In this document: positions 22,301 to 31,300 of the stretch, piece after piece
Layout: each line of letters opens with the position of its first letter
Numbering within the stretch: position 1 is the stretch's first letter
NCBI GenBank assembly: GCA_028534125.1
Contig: CM052817.1
Location: 17,052,001-17,115,746, forward strand
DNA: 63,746 nt
Direction of reading: 5' to 3'
Origin: Lama glama
Lineage: Eukaryota
Notes under the pieces: generated by a model
Database searches by the model: none
What the model saw: only the letters and a program-made list of their open reading frames with translations
Told to the model about the DNA's origin: nothing
Made by a program: the position numbers and the translations under genes

Positions 22301-25300
22301 TTGGTGGACCAGATGAGTTAGGGATCACAGCTCTTATATGAAGTAGATCTTTTGTGCTGTGAATGACTGGCCTTGCAAACCCAGAAGTTCATATTACCTG
22401 TGTCTCTGACATCAATCTTAGCTTTATTTTGGAAGATACAATATGTTAGTTGTTGGGAGAAACTTCAACGTGTAATTTTTTGAGGGCTGAACTGGGGCAG
22501 GGAGAAGGCAGGATCATCGAAAGAAGCAGAGGCCAATACCGAAGCAAGCAATGCTGTTGGGTTACAGCCCTTAATTCAGGTTGTAGCTGTTTATCTGGAT
22601 GACAGTCCCCTCCTCCCAAAGGAGGGACTCCTCACACATAGTCTTAGTATAAGGCATAAAATAATAAACAGCTTTAGGCCATAAGGCGTTCTGTAGCTAT
22701 TGAATTCACTGATTGGAAAATGGGTTTAAAGGATTTAATTATGTGCTTCTCAGAGCCTGGGATTTCATATTTTCAGAGTTGCCTAATTTGAATTTCTATT
22801 GACATTTTCTTTGAAGGAACTTTGCCTGCTTGTCCTGTGGCTTTTAGTAGATAGTTTTAAAAGTCACGTTTTTTATTACATAATATTTTATTGGGAGGAT
22901 TTCTTTTATGGTGATTTGTTTTCTTTTTGTTCCTTTTGGTTTTGATAGATGACTCAAAAAGATATCACATTTGTTGCTGAATTTCTTACTGAACATTTCA
23001 ATGAGGTAGGAAATTGATATTTATATAGTGCTTTTTTAAAAAGAAATTACAATTAATCCCAGTAATGGTAAGAAATAATTGAATTTAGTACAATTTAATT
23101 GGCATTCTAAGCAATTATATATGCTTTTTAAACTATTAAACTAATTAATGGCAGTACTTGTTTATTAAATGCAAGGTATATAAATTGACCTTTTGGTTGT
23201 ATGTATGTCTTACCATTCAGAAAAGAAAAGAGTATCTGCCACCAACAGCTTTCTTAAAAAAATGGAGCTTTTGATTTAAATACAAGATTTTTTTTCTTTG
23301 ATGAGTTGACTTAAGAATTAAACTCTATTTATTCTTTCTAGGCTCCAGACCTTTATAATCGAAAAGGAAAATACTTCAACGTTGAAAAAGTTGGTCAGGT
23401 ATGAGCTCTGGATTGAACTTAGTTACTAATTATTTTATTTTTAGAAAGCTAATTTTAAAACTTTAGCAGTGTTAGTGTTTATTATAGAAAACTTTTTGAA
23501 AGTAATTTAATGGCAAATTATATAGTAGCCCTGCCCTTTTAGTAAAATAACCAAAGAGTAGCAGTTTTTAAACTTACTGGTCTCAGAACCCTGTTACATT
23601 CTCAAAATTATTGAGGGCTTCAGAGAGCACTTATGTGGGTTGTATCTATCAATAATAGACATTATTAAGTATTAGAAATTAAACAGAATAAAGAATTATT
23701 TATTTCTTAATTCACTTAAAAACAACAAACCTACTTTCTATTACATGCAAATATAAATATTTTTAATGAAAAGTAACATTTCACAAAACAAAGTGAAGAG
23801 TGACATTGTTTTATAGTTTTGCAGATCTCTTTGATGTTTGGCTTAAGCAAAGGCACCTATATTCTCATACTTCTGTATTTGATATGTTGTGATATATTGT
23901 TCTGGTTAATGTATATAAAGAAAGTCTGGTTTCACATAGGTATGTAGTTGGAGAGGGAGAAGTATTTTAATAGCTTTTTCGATAATTGTGAATATTCTTT
24001 GATACAACACCAAATTCTGACAGATGATAGTATCTTATGTTAGTTTCAGTGTGTAATCTAAATTGCATCAGTGGACTTTTCATATTCTGATACATTAAAA
24101 TTCATTCATCTACCTTCACTTTGGATGTTTCACCCCATGCATGATTTTGTAATATCACGTATTGGTCATTTGGAAAATATTCACTGAATTACGAAGATCT
24201 TCCATGTGCTGACACCTTTCTTCATACATTATCCAAAAGTCAGATTCCATTCATATCATCTCCGGTCTCATCAGACAATCTTTAACTACAGTGAGGCTGC
24301 CGAGCACACAGTAGCAGGTACAGGTTTTTCAAAATTTTAATTTTTGCTTGAATGTTTAAATTTTATCTTTGGCAGCAAGTACTGTCAGTTGTTTTGCTTA
24401 AAGTGACAGGCTCATTTTACTTATTCAAGAAAATATCTGCCAAATACCCAAGAATGAATAATCATAATTAGTCTGCCAGTCATTCTTTTGAGTAAAAATG
24501 GAATTCCATTTAACAACAAAGAAGTGCCTGGCTTGACTCACAACTACATTTTCATAAATGTTTTTCCTCATGATAACTGTCATGCTTTGGTATGCAGCAA
24601 GAGTGCTTTATTTATACTTCCCAGTTCTGTCACTCAGAATATTGAAAAGATTTTGTAGATTTTTTGATAAAATTAATAATTTTAATAGTCTCATCAGAGA
24701 TTAGTGAAACTGTTTGTGGCAAAAAGGAATACAGTGACTGTGGTTTGGGGCCACTACTTTGACTCTTGGTGACAGTGCCAGCAGTTTTCCTGACCTGTGC
24801 TTTTGACCATCAGTGCAGATGTCATTACAGTGAAAAGAGCAAATAACATCCTGGTACTATTATAAAAATAGTAATGAGCTCATGGATCTCTGAAAGCATC
24901 TTGTAGACTATCAGAGTAGCTTTAAGAACTACTGCCATAAAGTAGATTGACAGTTGATACTTTTCAAATTAATTTATAAACTTACATATAGTAAGTTTAA
25001 AATGTGCTTCATGAAAAATAGAACATGAAATTTAAGCACAATTTATGGTCTCTACATCTACAGTATTGTAATCTTTTAGTAGTAGTTTGCCGCTTGTTCA
25101 GTTGCTTGGCATTTAACAAATTTTTGTCATCTCACAGAGTAATGTAGTTTACTGCACTTGGCAGTACAACAAAATAAACTTAAGTAGAATCGCTTAATTA
25201 TAAACAATTTTGGAGCCTAATTCTTTAGTGTACTAAATTTAAATTTTTAATTCTGTATTTCTAGTATCTGAAAGATGAAGATGATGATCTTGTGTCCCCC

Positions 25301-28300
25301 CCTAACACAGAAGGGAACCAGTGGTATGACTTTCTTCAAAACAGCAGCCACCTTAAAGGTATTTCATGAACCAAGTGGATTGTGGCCATGTTTATATTTA
25401 TTTGAAACCAGTACATCAGCAAGTGTGCTTGCTGAATACTTAACTAAGTTCTTTAGATTTATCTTTTGTGTTCATTTTATTTGATTAGAGAAACAGTAAA
25501 ATAATAAGTGTATGACATTACCATGATCAAAAATGCTGTTGTTAACTGTGATGTAGTAACAATGCTTATTTTAAGTATTGTACTGTCTGTTTTGCAACCT
25601 ATAAAAAATAGAATATTGGGAAGAAAACTGTAGAGACTATTAGTCAGAGGAGTCTATTTTGCCAGTTCCAATTTATTAACTTTAAAGAGTATATAGTGCT
25701 TATAACTCTGTTACAGTAATAATGCATGGCTGTGTGCTCCTGAGGTTGTATTTTTTGTTTGTTTACTTGTTATACCTTTCGTTTTCTAGGATGTTGATAT
25801 AGACTTTATTTAGCCAACATTAGTGGGATGCAGCTCAAAATAGTAACCATTAATTAAATATGTCAGAACTTCTCCATTTTAGATGAAAATGTTTTTAAAG
25901 CAGTTATTTCTTTGCTTTCTCAAAATCATCCGACCACAGTTTAGCTGTTTCTTAGACATGCATGATCACCTCCTTGAATCCTCCCAGGAACCTGTGGAGT
26001 TGATACTTGTTTTCCTCATTTTGCTAGTGAGGAAACTGAAAGTTAGAGAAGGTGCAAGATGGTAGAAGCTAGTAAGTTACAGAGTTAGGATTCTGCTAAC
26101 TTCAGAGCCTGAGTTTTTTACTGGACTCTGCTTCTCTCTGGTTGCTGTTCAAGCTGAATGAGTGAATGAAAGGGGAGGCAGAGAATTCTCAGGCCCAGGA
26201 GTTTGCTTATTGCTCTTTTGTTTTAGCCTAGAAGTCCAAATTCTTCTTCACAGCAGAACATATTTTATATTGCTTCAGAGTCTTAGGATCACTAGAGAGA
26301 AGTATTGATGTAGGTTAGCTGTTGAATGGAGGGAGAATAAAAGTGCAGCTGACTCAACTCACTCACTGTATTTGATCAGGATGACCAAAGAGTAAGGAAG
26401 GATGCCTGGGGAGGGCTGACGGCAGTGTGCCAGGAGTGGTGGCACCTGGACCCTGTCACTGCATCGGGCATAATACCTACCCTGGGAACTTTGGGCTAAA
26501 AATAGATCTACCCATTTTTCTCCCCACATCATCTGTGGCTGAATAGAAAGACCTAATCTTAGTTACAGGCCTCATGTTTAACTAAGATTCACTTTAGATT
26601 AATTCCATCTCTTAAATACTTAAGATTTTTCTAGTATGTGAATTTGGACAAGCTCATTAATCTCCCAGTTTCTTAGTCTAGTATGAAGCAAAACCGACTA
26701 TCATTATGAAACTATTAAGAAACTTTAATAAAATGTCTTTCTAGCAATTTGCAGAAGTCAAGTGCTAAATACTTAAATGCACGTGCCTTCTCGGGGGACG
26801 TGAGAGTCTGTGTGGTATGTGGGCAAAGGTGGGTGCGCTGGCAGCTGGGCTGCCTGGGCTGGAGTCGTACTCTGCTGCTTCCTGCTGGTGGGGCCAAGGG
26901 CACGTTGGCTGGCCTCTGTGTGCCCCAGTTTTCTCATCTGTAAAAGGAGGATGATAATAGTGTCTCCCCTACACAGCTGCTGTGAAGATTGAATAAATTA
27001 ATCTAGATAAAGCATGTAGGGTAGTGTCTGGCACATAACATGTAAGCAGTCAGTATGCGTCTGAGCTGTTTTTACTCAAAACACATCTGACACCAAAATG
27101 AGAGGGTTTTTCCTTCTGAGTGAGACCAGTTTTGACACCAGTTAGGTGTCCTACAAGTCAGTTCTGACACTAACTATGCAGCGTTAGCACCCGACTCCAC
27201 GGGTTTAATTACTTAGAATCCCACAAGACTGCCCCCACTTCAGAGTTCAGTCACGACTATCAGGTCCCCAGTTTACCCACATTTCTGTCTCACTTGGCTA
27301 CAAAGTTGGGGGTTCCCCAACCCCCCCCCCTTTAGGTTTAATAATTTGCTAAAATGGCTCACAAAACTCAGAAACACTTAACTTACATTTACTGGTTTAT
27401 TATAAAGGATACAACTTAGGAATAGCAAAGTAGAAGAGATGCATAGGGCAAGATATGGGGGATGCCTGGGGCGTCCATCTCTTCTCCAGCCCACTGCCCT
27501 CCCAGCACCTTAATGCGTTCCTCCACCCGGAGGCCTTGGGATCTGTTGGTTATGTTTTTTTTTTTTAATGGAGTTTTCATTATGTAGACATGATTAACTC
27601 ACTGACTGTTGGAAACTAGAATCAACTCCAGGAGAGAGAATCCCTACCTGGAGCTTGGTGGGTAGGGCTGAAAGTTCCAAGCTTCTAATAACAAGGCTTG
27701 GTCTTCATGGGACCAGCGCCCATCCTGAAGCTGTCTAGGGGCCTCATTAAAACAGAGGGTACCCTTATCATCCTTGTCACTCAGGAAATTCCAAGAGTTT
27801 TAAGGAGCTCTGGGTCAGGAACTGGGGACAAAGACCAAACTATCTTCTATGAAACCACAGTGTATGCCACCTGTTGGGAGCTTAAAATGTTAGCATGATT
27901 AAAATTGCTTTTATCCAGCATAGCTGAGCCATGAGGTGCTGCGAGAAGGGCCTACAGAGCACAGCGAAGACGGTGGGCTTGGGAGTTGGACTTGCATTTG
28001 ATTCATAGGTCTAGATTCATAGTCATTCTCATGCTGGCCAATTGCCTAAACCTCCTAAGCCTCATTTTTTTTTTAATCGATAAAAATAGAGAGAATGATG
28101 CCTACTTTATACAGCTGTTGTGAACAATAGAAATAACAGAAAGAAAAAGAACCTAGTATACTTTGTCACTAAATGACAAATTATGTATTACTGTCTATTG
28201 ATAAAGTAGCCTTTTCAAAAGTAAAGAGCTTATTTTCATGGTACCTGTTTCTTGTCCTTTCTGTTTTCACTGCCATAGTCTTCCGAAAACAATACTGGGT

Positions 28301-31300
28301 TGCTGCTTTTACTCTACTCTGGCAAAGAACAGAGAGAAATGAACTCTGTTTCATTATATGTCTTATGATTCCCAGATCATCCCTTTCTTCTTACAGCCAA
28401 CAGAAGTACACTGTTGGATTTTGGTGGGAAAAGTAAAATACAGAATAATAAGCTGCTGGGACTCAGCTTGTAGTAAGTGTGGTGGTTTTCAGTGGGCTGG
28501 CAGCAGGGGATGATGAAAGACAGAGGCATGGTCATTTTTAATGAGGTCGTATGAAGGTATATTGTAGTGGCCAGGGAGAATTCCACCGTCAGATAAGCTG
28601 TGTGGGCTGGCTCTAGGAGTAGACTGCTTTCTCCTAATTGCCTGGTTTGTTATAGCTTTTTTTGGTTTTTGTTTGTTTTTGTTTGAAACCAGAAAGTCCT
28701 TTGCTGTTTCCTTATTATCCTCGAAAATCATTGCATTTTGTGAAAAGGCGGATGGAGAACATTATTGATCAGTGCTTGCAAAAGCCAGCAGTAAGTTTGA
28801 AAGAAATGCATGTTTTTGTGTAGGAGCAAGAATACCTACAATATGTGGCTCACTTACGTAAACGATCTTAGTTGTTAAGATGAACCATATCAGAATGCTG
28901 ATATTCAACTGTTTTGACTGACAAAAATGGCAGTTTCATAAGGTTCACCCTAATAGTTCCTCTTACTGATCATTTCTTATATAAATTAAAAAATAAATAC
29001 AGGTTATTGAAAGTGTTGGCATCTTTTAGTATTTTATTTGTCCCCAGAACAAATTTATTATAAATGGTCTTAGTTACAGAGCTGATGTGTCTGTTTACTA
29101 CCAAAAAGTGGACAATTGATGCTGTGAGACCAGAAGAGGTAGTTTTTAACCTGCCATCGCTTGTCTCCAAGGTCCTTTTCAGCTCAGAATTTTCTCTCTT
29201 CCTTACTGTTGTGACTGTCGTGAAAGTTTCTTAGGTGAAAGTTTGGTGATATAGATGATTTTTACTAGACTTAAATAATGATGATGAGTCAGTTTCTGTG
29301 GAGTATTTATTTGTGTGTATGTACATGCTTTAATTATATTTTAAAATCTTGTTTAGGATGTAATTGGAAAATCGATGAATCAAGCAATATGTATTCCATT
29401 ATATAGAGATGCTAGAAGGTAATTCTGTTTACCTTTTGGGTGGTATAAATTAGCAGCCAATTAAAATTTTTCTTACTTTTTTTTTCTTTTGTTTTAGTGA
29501 GGACTCTACACGTAGACTGTTCAAATTTCCTTTTCTGTAAGTGTGTGTTTCTCCCCATCTCATGAACAGTACAGTTTTGTTCCATGCATTGATAGCTAAA
29601 TATCATGTTTTGACATTAATTTTTTTCCTTAGGTGGAATAATAAAACGTCAAATCTACATTATCTTATTTTTACCATTTTAGAAGATTCACTTTATAAGA
29701 TGTGCATCTTAAGAAGACATACTGATATTTCCCAGTAAGTATTAATCTGAAGTTTGAATCAAAGAGATAAGATTTTATTATTTTTTAATAATAAAACATA
29801 TAGCTTCCCTCCCCTACATTTTAGGTTTTACTTAAGTTCCTTTATGACTCTAGGCTTGTTAACTGTTCTTAGTCTCAGTTTTCACATTATTAAGATGATA
29901 TTACCAAATTAGGAAGATACACGATCCATTCTAATTCTAGATTATTTTTGTATTGGTGAATAGCTATTACATGTAGAATTTTTTTTTATTTTAGAGTTAG
30001 GAAAAATATAACAGCAAAAACTCAGGATTATATCTCATGAATTTGTGGAAGTTCAAAACTGCATTTTGGGTTCCTTACAGAAAGAGTTTTTACCTCAGGT
30101 TAAGTATGCCTTTCATTAAGAAAGAGGCCTGGCCGATAGAGACTTTTTTTGAGAATCCAAGTAAAAATTCTTAAGGATGAATCATATTCAAAATGTTACT
30201 AGTATCTTAAATACTTTTAAATCTAAATTTGAAGGAAATTTTTGATACCAATATGTAGCCAAAGGGAAATAATTTGGTGGTCCCAGACATCCTTATTTTG
30301 TAAGGTATTTTGCTACTTTGGTGACTAAGATTTTAAGCCAATTTGTAATTTTGATGTTAGGTTTATCCATCAGCGGTTTAAATTAATTATCATAATTCTG
30401 GAGTGAGTGTAATGGTATTTTGGCCTGGGATTTGGTGATTAGGGAAATGTACATCACTGACCACCATGTTCTTTCAAGCATATTTAGATTATTGCCTATC
30501 CAAGTTGATCCACAAAGTCTCTTTTTTCCCCCCTCTTCTTTCTTCAAGATCTGTAAGTAATGGACTTATTGCTATTAAATTTGGGAGCTTCACATACGCC
30601 ACAACTGAAAAAGTAAGAAGAAGGTAAATCTTTTTTTTTTTAATTGAGGTAAAGTCAGTTTACAATGTGTCAATTTCTGGTGTACAGCATAATGTTTCAG
30701 TCATACATATACATACATACATTCATTTTCATGTAAGAAGGTAAAGCTTGAATCTTGTTTGGATGAGATGTATATATAGTAAATACAATTACAGGAATAT
30801 GGTTAGCCTCAGTTACAGTGATGATATTCTTAGCAGGCCTTTGTCACTTGCGCCATGTGGAGCTGGGTTGGTTACTTAGAGGATGATTTGACTTACAGTT
30901 GAATAGAACCTTACTGCCCTGCAGGAATTTAAGTAGTGTGATTTCCCATAATTAATACTTCTGAGCTCTCTGTCTGCTAAGACAGTAATATAATTCCAGG
31001 GGGCAGATGGCTGACGGTGTCATTATGACCAACAGAGATGTGAGGTGGTGTCCTTCTCACTGCTGTGGGGTTTACTTAGGGCACAAAGGGTAACAATACC
31101 TCTGTTACCCTGAGGCTTTGCAGGGGAAAGAGCTGACACTAATCCTAGACAGACCTTCTTCTCACTCTTTTCCCAACATAAAGGAAGTTTTTTATGATAG
31201 TGTCTTTGAAGTTGTTGTGTCTTTTCATATGTAGATCTTATGTTTACTTTTCATTCTGGTTAACTCTGTTTACTCAATATATATATGGTGTCATTCATGG

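Noticed and set aside
29537..29632. In-frame retention of 96-nt intron 24 (ORF 29541..29738)
   Set aside because: Read-through from exon 24 gives CTG TAA, an immediate stop.
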